DNA of 64,000 bases from contig NW_014577061.1 in the NCBI RefSeq assembly GCF_000485595.1, positions 223,455 to 287,454 of the forward strand, read 5' to 3'. Of the stretch, positions 27,601 through 41,258 are shown piece after piece. This stretch comes from Priapulus caudatus. Taxonomy: Eukaryota. Both the position numbers and the translations under genes were made by a program. How positions within the stretch are numbered: the stretch's first letter is position 1; the number at the start of each line of letters is the position of its first letter. The notes beneath the pieces were generated by a model, which worked only from the letters and a program-made list of their open reading frames with translations, made no database searches and was not told where the DNA came from.

Positions 27601-30001
27601 CGTAATTTTCAGAACTGGCCGTGACATGAATATATTCCTCCTGCGATGACAATTTATTGTGCGTACGGACCTTAGTAGAATTGTTACGTAGCCATTAAGT
27701 TTTAATATGTTTATATGTTGTGTTTTGCGTATGAATTATCTATAGACGTGCGTTCGATATCCGTACGGTAGTGATTTAATGTTCAGTTAAAAGATACGCA
27801 CAGTATCAGGGGTGAATGATGACCAAAAAAATTGTCAAGTTGGTCAAATTTTTGTTAATTTGGTCAGATTTGTCAAGTTTTTATGCAGCGTATTATTTAT
27901 GCACTACTGTCACACATACAGGTATGGCAAAGCAAGGATTGAGATGTAAGATCTGCAAGATGTCTGTGCATGTCAAGTGTCAAGATTCTGTGCCCCGGTG
28001 CCCAGGCCAGGTATTAAGTATTCTTGCATATTGATGTATATATGGTAAAGAGGTAAGCTTTATATAATTATATATTTTTTATATATTTTAATTTATATCT
28101 TTATACAATATAGAAAATACATATATTTAGTGACAAGGCTAAATAATAACATCTTTTGGTTAGTGCACTTTGATGTGTTTTACCCCTTCATTGCTGTTTT
28201 TGTTGTTGTTTACTGCAATAATTTTGTATGCTTGAATTTTTTCTTTGAGTTTTATATACTTGTCTACAGTTGGCTTGGTTTTCCATATTGTGTGTAAATG
28301 GATACACAACTAAACTATAATAACTAAGTCTTATATATCCGCTAATTGTTTTGAAGTGACACTTTATACTTACTTAATGCCTATTTAAAAATATTGATTT
28401 GAAATCACACATGCCAAGAAAATTATCTTAAACAAAAGAGTCTCAAACATATATAATATTTCCTATTAAATAGCAAGCATGTTAAAATGAATTAATCAGT
28501 GTTGTTTTCCTGGCATAAAAGAACTGTAGCCTACAAATATACATCAAGAGAACAAATCACATTCAATACATTATATTTCCTGCTTCTTTTACAAATCAAT
28601 ATATTATACAAATGAGCAGGTATACGCATGAATGAATCTCCATGCACAGCGTTGGTGTTTTTTGTAGCTATAGCTATGTTGTAGCCCTACACTTATATTT
28701 GTTAACAGAGTACTTAGTGGCATGTTTACTTAAATTAGCATCCTATTCGTGGAATGCTTTCGCATGTTTCGCGTGCATATGATGTGGGAACGGCATTTTT
28801 AAATGTGCCCAGTGACTCTAACCAGTGTTCTATGAGTGATTATGTATCAAATTTTCAGAAGCTAGGCGCATATTGGCTGCAACATGTTCTGCTTGCATCT
28901 ATGACAAATACGACATACGCATATACGCTCTCCTACGACAGATTTTTCCTATGACAAATATTAGCGAGTCAACTTCGTTCCGCTTTCGTTTCGTTACAGC
29001 TGAAATTCACTGCTTGCGTTCATGATAGCGCTCCTAAACTCCTATAATGCGCACAACACATACAACAATATTTGTCATAGGAAGAATCTTCCTATGACAA
29101 ATAGTGTCATAGGAGAGCGTATATGCGTATGTCGTATTTGTCATAGATGCTAGCAGAACAGGCTGCATATTAATAATAAACAGTAGGATAATCTAACAGT
29201 GAATGCATTTATAACGTAGGAGATTATAAGCGTGCATGTCGTTTATTTGTGATGCTAACACAAAGACCAATATAAGAGTATTTAATGTGTAATGTATATG
29301 AGGCTTATAATGGTCTCTTTGATTAAGTAATACTTGTGGTTCTGATATTGATTACTGATATATTTCAATCGTTTTGATTGCCGTGTAAAAACGCTATGAA
29401 GTATAACTAATGGCCGGAAATTAACGTTATGCCACAATAATTAGGTCGTTGCAAACAGCTTTACTCTAATTTGAGGATTACCTATTTATTGCCAGAATCC
29501 GTTGCATTTTTTACATATATGGTATATGATTTATTATCTCATATTAATTCGTATTACGTCGTAAAATAGACGATCATGAAATCGTAGTTCACCTATTAAA
29601 AATTATAGGCATAAAAATCTCAAAGTAGGCAACCCGGATATGTTGAAGGCGCCTATTCGGTATGTCATGTTAATTAGTATTCTTGTTTATTATTTGCATG
29701 GTAATTAATCTACATTCCTGATTACATGCGACTAACAAAGTCAGCCCTGCGAGAAGATGTTCTGGTAATTGCAAAGTCGCGGTCGAAATTATGCACCTGT
29801 CCTTTAGCATAATTGTCTTTTAAGCATTATTTTTAACCACATATAACAACGTGTTTATATCCTGAGCGACTTCTCATCCATCGCACATTTTATTGACGAG
29901 GCTATAATGATTATGCACGTGCATGGGTAGTGAGGCGCGAGCACGAAAAGGGCTGCAAACGGATATACGTGCACATATGTGTACGAGTCCGTATATGTGT
30001 G

Positions 30002-30042
<41 letters not shown>

Positions 30043-30161
30043 ATGTGCGTGCGCTTGTGCGCGCGCGTGCGTGCGTGTGTACGTCCATGCGTCTGCAGGG
30101 TGGATGCATAGGTGGATGACACAAAAGGTGAAGAAGGGGAGAGTATGTATGAGAGAGAAAT

Positions 30162-30197
<36 letters not shown>

Positions 30198-30665
30198 CAA
30201 AAGGGAAAGGGGAAAGAGAGAGGAGAGAGAGAGACGAGAGTAGAGAGAGAGGAGAGAGAAAGAGACGAGAGAGAGAGAGAAGAGAGAGAGAGATAGAGAG
30301 AGCGAGAGGAGAGAGAGAAAGCGAGAGAGAGATGACAACATAGATACTGGTCCTCGTGCTTTTAGTTTCCCTAGGGACTTATTGCATGTCTACTACTAGA
30401 CGTTTTCATAGATAGTTAATGCTTAATGTGTTAGCTTACATTTCACGCTTTCCGTCGTAGCAGCGGTAGAGCTATTGCTCGGAAACATATTCACCAAAAC
30501 AGACGCACGCACACACACACGCACGCACGCATCGTCACATACACGTGTACACACACGCACACACCACAAACCCGCCCCTCAACCCACAGGACCACACACA
30601 GAACACACACACACCACACACACACACACCACACACACAACAACACACACAGGTCACACACCACA

Positions 30666-30696
<31 letters not shown>

Positions 30697-33600
30697 TACA
30701 CAGCGACACGCACGCACGCACGAACGCACGAACGCACGCCGCACACACGCACACACGCACCCACGCACGCACACACATACGCACGCATATACACGCACGC
30801 TTTTTTCGTCGTAAGCCACGTGCGAAGCACTAAAATTCTATCCCGGACTCACTCGCTAAATCCAGCACATTACCGTTGTACTCTCTAATCAGGCCAACCT
30901 CATCCACACACTACACCATGCCACAGTATTCTGACTGAGTTGAACGAGACGTGAGGCAGTCATACTAGAGATCTTACTAGAATAGGAGTGGGCATTTCAA
31001 GTTTGCAGTACACATTTGGTTATGTTTGAAGACGTCAAAAGTGCGCAACTGCTTTTGGCACAAAACGAAGAAATTCTCGGTTCAAAACCCATCACAATTC
31101 CGTAGTGGTCACTGACGCCATCAAACAAAAAAATAAAAGGGGCTGGAAAAAGAAAAACAGTCGCTGCAAGCTGTTCGGATGTTAAGAATGTTCTCTTTTA
31201 CTTTAAGCAGTCTTTAGAAAAGTATGGCTGGAGCACACATTTCCGCAGCCTCAGCACAGATGCTTCAGGTATTGTATGTGTAGCAGTGAAGCCTGCCTGC
31301 TCGTCACGCTGACTAACACGTCTCGGCGTCTCCTCCATGCACTACCCTCCACTAAACCCCCCTCCCCACCCCGGCCTAGGACGCCTGCCGCCGATCGTCA
31401 GGGGTGCCGATCGCAGCGCTGCGCTTTCGCAGCGGCCACTACACGCGTCCTCTTAACCCCGAGAGGTTTTCTTTCTGGAAAAATGTCACTAGTTCGCATC
31501 GCGATTGCGATTGAAATCCGACGCGCAAGCTATGCATCCAACTCTTTGCAAGCTATGCGAGAAAGAAAGCTTTCGGAGGACGTGGTGCTAGGGACGCGGA
31601 ACGACGCTGCACCGCGATCTCGCTCACCCCTGGTACCGGGCCGTCGTCTGTCGTCGGGTGTCGCCATGGCAACAGGATGACTGTGATCGCCATAGCGATA
31701 TAAATGTTGATTTCTTTGTCTGCAGCCCCCAAATAAATCAAAACTGTTGCGCCGGCAAAAGACTGCCTCGTCCATAGATACACGGGTACAACTTTCTTTA
31801 GGCACCGGCAAGGACAAGGACAAAGGAGGTATATTTGTGTGTCTTCCTTTAACGGGACACTGCACCGCTGTCAGCATCTCTGTATCTTATTCGACACGTG
31901 GTTCTCATTCACGGCTGATGTATTTTGTTGAAGGCTGTTCCAGGGGTGGCCGTGCACCCTCTAATGTAACATATATTTGTACGGGACTCGAATCTGTAGT
32001 TTGTATATAGCTGTCTACCAAAAACGACCTTTTACCAATGATGAGTAAAATACTTGCGCAAAATTTGCAAATCTTTTATTGATGTAAAGTCCCTGGGGGG
32101 GAAAAAGATCATAACTCTGTGTTTGGTATCGCTACTATTTTTTACATAAAATTCGCCCGTCGTTAAACTTAGCAGATTGAAATGCTAAACAAGCAAATTC
32201 ACCACGAACCAAATATTATGCAAAGAATTACAGCATTGGAACAGCCCTTTTTCTGTTGGACATGATTGTTTCTTTTTTGCAGTATCTGTGCGTGTTTACT
32301 CGTTGTTTTTATTTATTCCAGATTTTTTTGCAAGTTTATTTGCAAGTACTGTGACTGTTACACATTAAATTGTCGTATTCAGTTTCATATTTTACCCCAA
32401 AAAAATTGGATTGTGTCTACAGAAGTGAAATGCACTACTATCAAACACCCGTCGTTCAAATTCAAAGTTTTTCGTCACATTTCCTATTTGTTGTATTTAT
32501 TTTTCCTAGATTTACCAGGTTATGAGGCGATCCTTCTATCCCATCTACTGCATTACCTTTCTCGAATCTTGCACTTTCCTCTACTCCATTTATTCACTCT
32601 ATTCATGTTCTTGCACGTAATCATAATATACATGTACATTTTCTCATGTATATTTACTATACTCATCGGTATATCAGTGATGTCTACGTTCGGTTAGAAA
32701 TTTCATACCCTTCACCGATGAAGAGCCTTCTCAGTGAGTTGTCTCCTTTGAAGTTCTAGTGAGATTGTCTGACTTATCTTCGTGCGACTATGCTTTCATG
32801 AACTGGTCAATACTAAGATAAAATGTGTAAATCATGTGCTAAATTTATTTTTAATCATTTTGAGGATCTGGTCAACAGTCAACCCATCTATTAAAGAAAA
32901 TTAAGAAATGTATTGCATTCTTTAATTATAACTATAAACTCATAGTTATATTAGCCATGTTTTTTAAAATATAACTTTTATACGAACATATATATATGAG
33001 TTTCCGCCGGCCATGTTTTGCAATGTATGCGATATCCATTTCGTTATTAACCCCCATACTAGTATATATATATATATATGCGTGTATTAACGACGAATAA
33101 GAAGTTTGAATAGCAATGTAAAGAGTCGATCACCAATCGAACGTTGAGAAATATTTTTAATTGAAGTGATAACATTGCAATATTATTGTATGATACGCTT
33201 GCTATTGCTAATGCTATCGCTCTATGTAAATGGTTTATTAACGGGGTTTAACTGTAAAATGAGCTTTCACTGCGTATTACATCTAACTTGCCAACCACAA
33301 CATGTGAAGTACTCTATCCCGATGCCTATTTGTATGTCTCTACCAATGCAGGCCAGCACATATGTCGCTAACATGTACCACTCTGCATATAACAACGTCT
33401 CAGTGTTATCTCGGACACCGACATGCATCGGTGTTTTCTCTAACACGTACTCTTCTAACTACAACGTGTCTTAGATATGTCACCGATATGTACCATTCTG
33501 TCAACCAGATGTCGTTGTGGTAGCTCCAGTATGTATTCATCAGACGACCGCTTCTCGCAGTGATCTAGGCGTGTGTTCCAATCAAAAACATGTCTCAGAT

Positions 33601-36600
33601 TTGTAAAGATCTGCAGCTTTGACGCCAACATGACTCCGTGCTGTTCATGATATATCTCTCTCAGTCTTACAATATATCTCAAATGTGTCTTAAACGTCTA
33701 CCGATGTGTAACCTCGATTAACTTGCATTAGATGAGTCGCTAGTACCACCACTTGTCCAACCACTTGTCCTGCTACCGTCTCGAACTGTCTCGCATACAC
33801 AACACGTCACACTCTTTACTTTTCTGGGCTCTGCTTCTCTGATATGTAAGCTTTTGATTCTGCAGCTCAAGTGGATCCCGTCTATGAACTACTTAAGAGT
33901 GCTAGCGGTATGCGCGGATCCAGCAAGCCTGATTCCGAGTCGACCTCCAACGAAGCGATTAGCAGCTCTTCCCTCAAAAGCCCAGATGTGCGGCTAGCTA
34001 GTCCCTCATCAGGTATACCTATGAAATTTTCGCATTTCGCTATAGTAGGTAGCTGTGTGATACTCTTGTTCATTGACTCGCTTCTGAGACTTTAGTTGTG
34101 TTTCAGTTTCACACGGACTCGCGTGGTCACTCAAACGCCTGTGTGGATCTAGGCGTAATTTATGATAGGATGAACGCGTCCAGCATCCTCATTGAATTAA
34201 GCAGCATATGTGTTATCGTGTTTCTGGGCAAACCGATGTATTTATATGGCTAAATGATACACCTAGTACACTTATATTTGTCATTGAGGTGTTGTGAACC
34301 CCGTCTACGGGTGTAAATTCCGTTGCTTCCATGCTACAAGTGAATATACAAAAGTACTAAAGGAATATAGTCTATAGAAGGGTGCACAGCCAGGTGAAAC
34401 CTCGCAGCTCTTTTTCTCCAGCTCGCGCTTAAATGTGATGTGACGTGTTTAATCGGTCTCTCTTTCAATGTAATGAAATCCAATACTCCGGAAAGAATAT
34501 ATCAGGAAATATATATAATCAGGAAATTACATATCTCTGGAAAGAATTATAGTCCCTGCGGTTTATTTTCCGAGATACACATAGTGCTTCTAGGAATTAC
34601 CACAGAACAGATTTGTGGGGGAATGAATGTGGAATTATTCCTTTGGACTATATCTATGTTGTTCAACGGCAAAAAACTCACAACTGGTTTAACGTTCTAC
34701 CGCGACCCCAAAATAATGTCAAATAGCCATCCTCCGCTAAATAAACTAAAGGTTCCATGGACGTCGTTAACTTCCTGCATAGCTATTGAACGGTTTAGTC
34801 AGGGAAGCCAGTGAAGAAAGTGCCGGGTTTGCTGTGGTTTTGGCGAATCTATCGTTTTGTAGGCTACTATAACATCTCTGTTTTTTACTACCATAAAACG
34901 GAATAATAATTATCAACATGGAAAAATACGATATGAGTTTGTTGTAAATATGTAAAAATATAATATTATTGTAAACTATGCACACAGTCAGCATTTGTAT
35001 GTGCAGAGAGGAGAGGAGGTGGGTGGTTGGTTTTGTTTGTGAGTGATTATACTGCTTGCATCTCCGGTTCCCTCTGTTTCTAAAACCAACATTTCTCGTT
35101 GGCGTAGTGTTGTTACTGTTTAACAGCTTTTCACCAGATCCCATCGTCGTTTGCGGTGTGCTTTCTCCCAGTGTACCAGATAATTCCAGACCTACAGTAC
35201 GGAGTATATCGTTATATTGCTATGGCATACTAAAAAAAGGAAAAGGAAATTCCTTCCATTGTTCTAATGATGTCCATAGATCGTTGCATAATTATTACAT
35301 TTAACTTTGTTATAATTATTACGTATTACGGATTTTCTATCACATTACTTCAACAAACTAATCATCTTTGTATGTAATACTGTAGATTTGGATTCGGCGA
35401 TTTAAAAACTATACCATCGTATTTAACAAATTTACACCGTATACGGCTAACCTCTGTTTGTGTGACCCAAATACATATGCTTTTCGTTATGCTATAATAT
35501 GTACTCTTCACTCGGTTCTAACAAACAGAACAACGGTAGAACAGGGATGCGATGCTGTCGGTCTGGCCCCTGGATATCGCACAGTCTATACCATGTCGTA
35601 TATACATACCCAAGATGTTATGCGCCGTATATGCGATGCGCCTAGTATCTCCGTGAGAGTGAAATGTGTGTAGTTGAATATGGTGGCCTGGATGGCTATC
35701 TGATAATCATATTCCAAGCTAGCATATTTCGGATTATCAGAGACAAAAAAAAAACAACAGAATTAGTGATAATCATGTCCCCCAGCGTTTAGTGACGATA
35801 GTCCTGTCTCGGTCGCCACACGTTTCACGTCACATTCGTTACAGGTAAAAAACGTGGTCCGTGGTCCTCTACAAAACTTCCTACGAATCAGAATCTCCCC
35901 TCCCTCACCCACACCATCCAACCCTTTGGAGTCAGTCTGCTCCCCAGAGTCTCCTCCCCAGAGTGTGTTTTACTCATCTATCGGCCACTTCCGTGCCATT
36001 ACCGAGTTACTTACAATGCCTGGCGGGGAATTTCAGGTCGGAGAAGGCGGCCGCGCCTCGTTAAGCAACATACGATAGCCGGGGAGTACGCACCGCAGAC
36101 TGAGGGGAACTACACGCCGATCGACATGAAAACCAGCTCGAATCCGAACGTGTCTTGTAATTGCCAGCCATTTGTTTCTATCTACGTCCGTTCGTAACCC
36201 GATTCCCCGTCAAACTAACACGCATGAATTTTCACTTATAGGTGCGGATCGTGTAACAACCGCGTGACCTTGCAGGCTGTGAACACCCACTAACATAGAC
36301 AGTCTTTGTTTCTTCCGTATAGGCTAGAATTCGGTATAGGCTTCCGGTATATGCTAGAAAATCATAATTATTATTGCCTAATAAAAACTAACTCATCACA
36401 TTTCTCTATGATGTTTAGCACCTCTGAATTCAACTTCGTTTTATCCTTGTACTAACGTGGAAGTAACTTGAAGGTGCCGTATCCTGGAATGCATGCCCCA
36501 CTTACAAATTAATTAGCCTGCCTACTACTGCATGACAGATTCACTCTGATTTCCTCTGTCTGAGCACGCCATGTTACAACAGGAAATGTCGCTATAGATA

Positions 36601-37055
36601 CGTTCTTCGTTTTTCTTGCGTAAACACTACTCGGAATCCGTTTAACCCGTAGGTGTCACTGGAATTGGCCATGGGAACACATCATCTTAAATTGCGTTCG
36701 AGAATAATTATCGTAGAAAATATGGTAGATGTATTTTACTGCTGATAGCATAAGTCTATTTATCGTTAATCTTACCACTCCCTATCGTAGTGAATAGTTT
36801 ATTGCTAGTGAACAAATCCGCATTGACCTTTCCCATATGCTCTAAGCGTACGCCATTGAAGAATCATTAAAACATCAAGAGAAAAATAATACAATGTTAA
36901 TATTCTCCCGATTATATGCATACATATTTCTATATTAACATATTATATAGGCTTATATTCTCCAGGCTACGAAGATGGCAATATTTTGTAATATTTTAAA
37001 ATACTGGTCACGAGTTTGAGTAGAGAACTTAACATGCAAGCTGTATATATATATG

Positions 37056-37097
<42 letters not shown>

Positions 37098-37251
37098 TGT
37101 ATTATAGAACATTATTATACTCTATTATATATATATGTTATATATATATAAATTATTACAGGTGAATAACACTGCAGAATGCCATTGCTCACATGCAATG
37201 ACTACATAGGCCTAATACTCGTGTTTATATATGGTGTTTCACATAGAAATC

Positions 37252-37305
<54 letters not shown>

Positions 37306-40300
37306 AATTGTTGTGTCACAAAAGTTGTTATATTGTCGGATCGTGTCAGGTCGTAGCATGTTTATATCGTCGCAAGGGTTGACTATAATTTAGGTACGCT
37401 GATATTAACCAGTGGCATGTACATGTTAGAAATGACACTACTACACTACTGTGTATGTGTAATCCGAAACTTGGATTCCACTCCATGCACACTGATGCTG
37501 ATAGACATGCAGCGTTTTTATTCTTTATTCGAACGTTCCAAACGAAAAGACATTCCAACAGCCGCGATATAAAACACAAATGTATGCTCTTCTATAGCCG
37601 CAAGGATATACGAGATAGCAACTTTGTCATCGGCTCTTGATAACGGCAAGATAATCAAGTATTTAGTGTAGGTTTTCTCAAAGCAAACAGTTTGTGAATA
37701 AGACAACCTCGGTCGACGAAACGCGGCTATCCATACTTGACCACGCCTGTCTGTTTTCCAACGTCCGGTACGCAGATCCGGAGATTTCGGCGAATATGAC
37801 CCGTTTCATCCGTCAGTAGTCTATACCATGACCCCAACGACGATCATGGCCGCCTGGGCTCTACCCAGCTTCACCATCCTTCGCTATCTAAAGATTTTTC
37901 GCAGGAGGAGGATTCGTCGTTGCAGTGCACGGAACAGTGTAAATTCCGTTTTGTGTTGCTGTGTGTGCAGTTTGCTATTATATGCCCATCTCGTCGTCGT
38001 CATCGGCGGCGACGGCGGCGCTAACAAGCTTTCTGATTGCTCGTATGCTAACATCTTGGGTTCGGTTTTGAAGGCTTGAGTATTTCTAGAGTTTCAGACT
38101 TTCTACTGATGCCTCGTTTGCTCAGGTTTTCCTGAGACACTTTGCGTTGCATGCTTGCGGTCGTTTTCTATCTACGAATTTATCACTTCTAGCCGCTTTG
38201 CTGATTTCTGCTTGTAGAATGCGAGAATGTACGCAGATTATCGTTATGAAATCTGCTGAATGTGCAATTGTTTACACATGGCGCGTTGTTGTGTGAATCG
38301 TGGCAACAGTGATTTCGAAAGTAATTGAGTGTTTGCTTACTAATACACGCTTTCGTTGCTGTTAACTCCTCCGCGGAATGCTGCGCATTAAACGGATGTT
38401 AGCTGCAAAGGGTAATCAAATACCGAATGTACTATTTAAATTTTAAATCGTGATAACATTAAAGATGAATTCTTTCTTTAGACTCGTACTAACCCTAGTG
38501 GCTCAGCGTTGGTTGTCGTACGGACATCGCGCATGCGTCGTGGCGAACGGGCAGCGTTTGAATCGAGCCACGTATACATACATATCCATTAAAGCATTGC
38601 TTTACTTTGTTACCATTTTCCGTCTAGCCCGCACAGCCCAACAAGAGGTCGTCGCCAAAAATTAAACATACGCATGAAAAGCTTCTCTCTCGACAAACCT
38701 AATAGCAAGGATCACTTGCGACAGCGTCATCGGTGGGGGTCGTCCCTCGTGAGCTACTGTAAATATCAGCAAGAGTTAATAATACCTAGGTATTATTAGC
38801 TCTTGATATCAGCCTGTGTACAAGCACAGTCGTCGTGTGTCACGTATCCTGTGTTTTCCGCTGTGTGTATGCATGAATGGTGGTCGATGTAGCGCTTATA
38901 CGTGTATCTATCTCTCTGTATTTGTCTATTTAAATGACCCGACAACGACCGCATATACACGCACCCGTACAAGCGTACGTACAGGGGAACGCTCGCACGC
39001 ACGCACACATGGCTCCTACATACGCAGCAGCACGCCACGCGCACCACGTACACGCACACACGCTAGTTCTATAGGTGGTTGCAAACTGTGCATGGTCAGT
39101 GTGAATCTAGCAACATCGTTCACCAGTTCAGTTGTTGAAGGTAGAACCAATCTTGCCCATACGAAACTAATGTCTGGTGATTGCAGCAATGCGTTTCGCT
39201 GCAATTCTTTGCACTCAGTTTGCTTTAGTGTTAAATACATAACAGCGTATGTTTGAGAACGTATCGCTACAACAGCAATAACCGCATGTGAAATAGGAAA
39301 GATTTTAGGGGTTATCCACTACAATTAAACAATTACTATGGTGGTCTGTCTGAAAGCCAGTTGTAAGCGTAATCCCTCAAGTTACTATCAAGTTACCAAA
39401 CATATTTTCACTATAGCATAATTTATAAACAAGCCTCAACATAAGCAACAATTGTAATACTCTATTTCTCGGGCTACTTTGAATTCGTCGATGCACGTAT
39501 GAAGCTATTGCTGACACACCTAGCTCGCCCAATACTATTAATTATTTACATCTATTCACAGGCAGTAGTAGTAAACAGCACTCGTGCATACTCGCAGTGC
39601 AATACTAGCGGACGGGAATCTATCTCGTACTCTGTACGTGTTTTGTGTGCTGTCTCACTCACTCACTCACTCACTTACTCACTTACTCACTCACTCACTG
39701 CTTCTCTTCGTGGATCTATCCGTCGGTGATATATGTATAGATTTCTCACGTTGTGTGCGTACGTGGTGATCGTGGTGTTGCGCTTACTATACTTGCTTGG
39801 TGTTAAGGTGTACCGTGCACCGTTCTTGACCGTGTTTCAGTCTGTGATAGTTACCATGTACTAAAGCTAAACACCTGTAATAATGTCCAAGTATTCGTAT
39901 GGCTACATTCTTATTTATCCAGCAAACACTTCCCAGTTTACCTAGCTCCGATAAGTTCACGTATGAAAATGACTTATTAAGATTTAAACACGTGATTCGA
40001 AAATCTAAACATATTCCGCTGCAATAGTGAAATCAACTCAAGTCAAAGTATAAACAGCGCATGTTGTCTTGTAGCCCCGACAGTCCCACCACGGTCAGCA
40101 CAGCCGAGGAAGGTTGCAGCGTGCCAAAGGAGACTCATTAGATATCCCTGACGATACTGAAAAGTCGCTCAGTTCAGCATCGTCTGCTTCACCGCTAGGA
40201 GGCTCACCAGTGAGTCGCGGCTGAGCTCGAATACGTGTTTGTTTGTGGGTCCCTTATCTTCGCCATATAGACGTAAATGACGTAGTCGTTCAGTATTATG

Positions 40301-41178
40301 TAAATAATATGCGCGTCTGTCAAATTGTTCGCGTTCAAACACATCGATGACAGTCGAATCTTTTCCTGTGTTCTTCGTTGCGAATTATGCAGAATTTGTA
40401 AACATGGCCACCGCAACATTGCCACAACGCCCTGAAACTATAAACTGTCTATCAATTGTAGCTTGCGGCCACAATGCGTATGTCAGTCGATCGTCTGATC
40501 AGCTGACTTGTTTTCAGAAGTCTTACCAGAGGCAGGCTGCTCAAAGTCTATATGTGACGATCAGGGACTTCAAAGGCGAGGGCCGGCGTGACGAGATAGA
40601 ATTCAGGTGATGAAAAACTGTTCTTGCACAAGAACACACACAAACACACACACCGCGCGCGCGCTGCATTGCATACACGGTGCTATCTCGTCTATTACAT
40701 TATTTACATACGTTCACAAGTAATTGCAAGAATTCGATCCGTTATCAATGCGGCCCGCTTAATTATGATACAAGATGGCCGAAGGCTCGTGGAACTACTG
40801 CAAACAATGAAAACAAAGCGCAGCAATCTGTTCTTTACGAACAAAATAGCAAAAGCGATGACCGCAATAAATTATTTAATTATATAAAATTATTTTAATT
40901 GCAACCGTTATTTCTTATCTTACAGAAGTGGCAGTAAGGTGGTGGTGATGGACATGTCGGATGCAGAGTGGTGGCGGGGTCGGTGCAATGGTCAGCAGGG
41001 ATACTTCCGGCTGGTTGCGGCTGTCGCATCTTTCCAGCGCGAGCGTGTGATGAAGGTTACTAAAAGCATACAGCTAAGCGACGGTGAATCGACTTAAGGC
41101 TGAGTCGTGAGCAGGTGCGTAATCACACACACGCGCACGCACGCACGCACCCACGCACGCACCACGCACGCACACGGA

Positions 41179-41209
<31 letters not shown>

Positions 41210-41216
41210 CACACAC

Positions 41217-41258
<42 letters not shown>

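Noticed and set aside
1498..31000. Dozens of ORFs rich in CV/HT/SL/RE dipeptides
   Set aside because: They are translations of (GT)n, (CA)n, (CT)n, (GA)n and (GTGC)n microsatellites.
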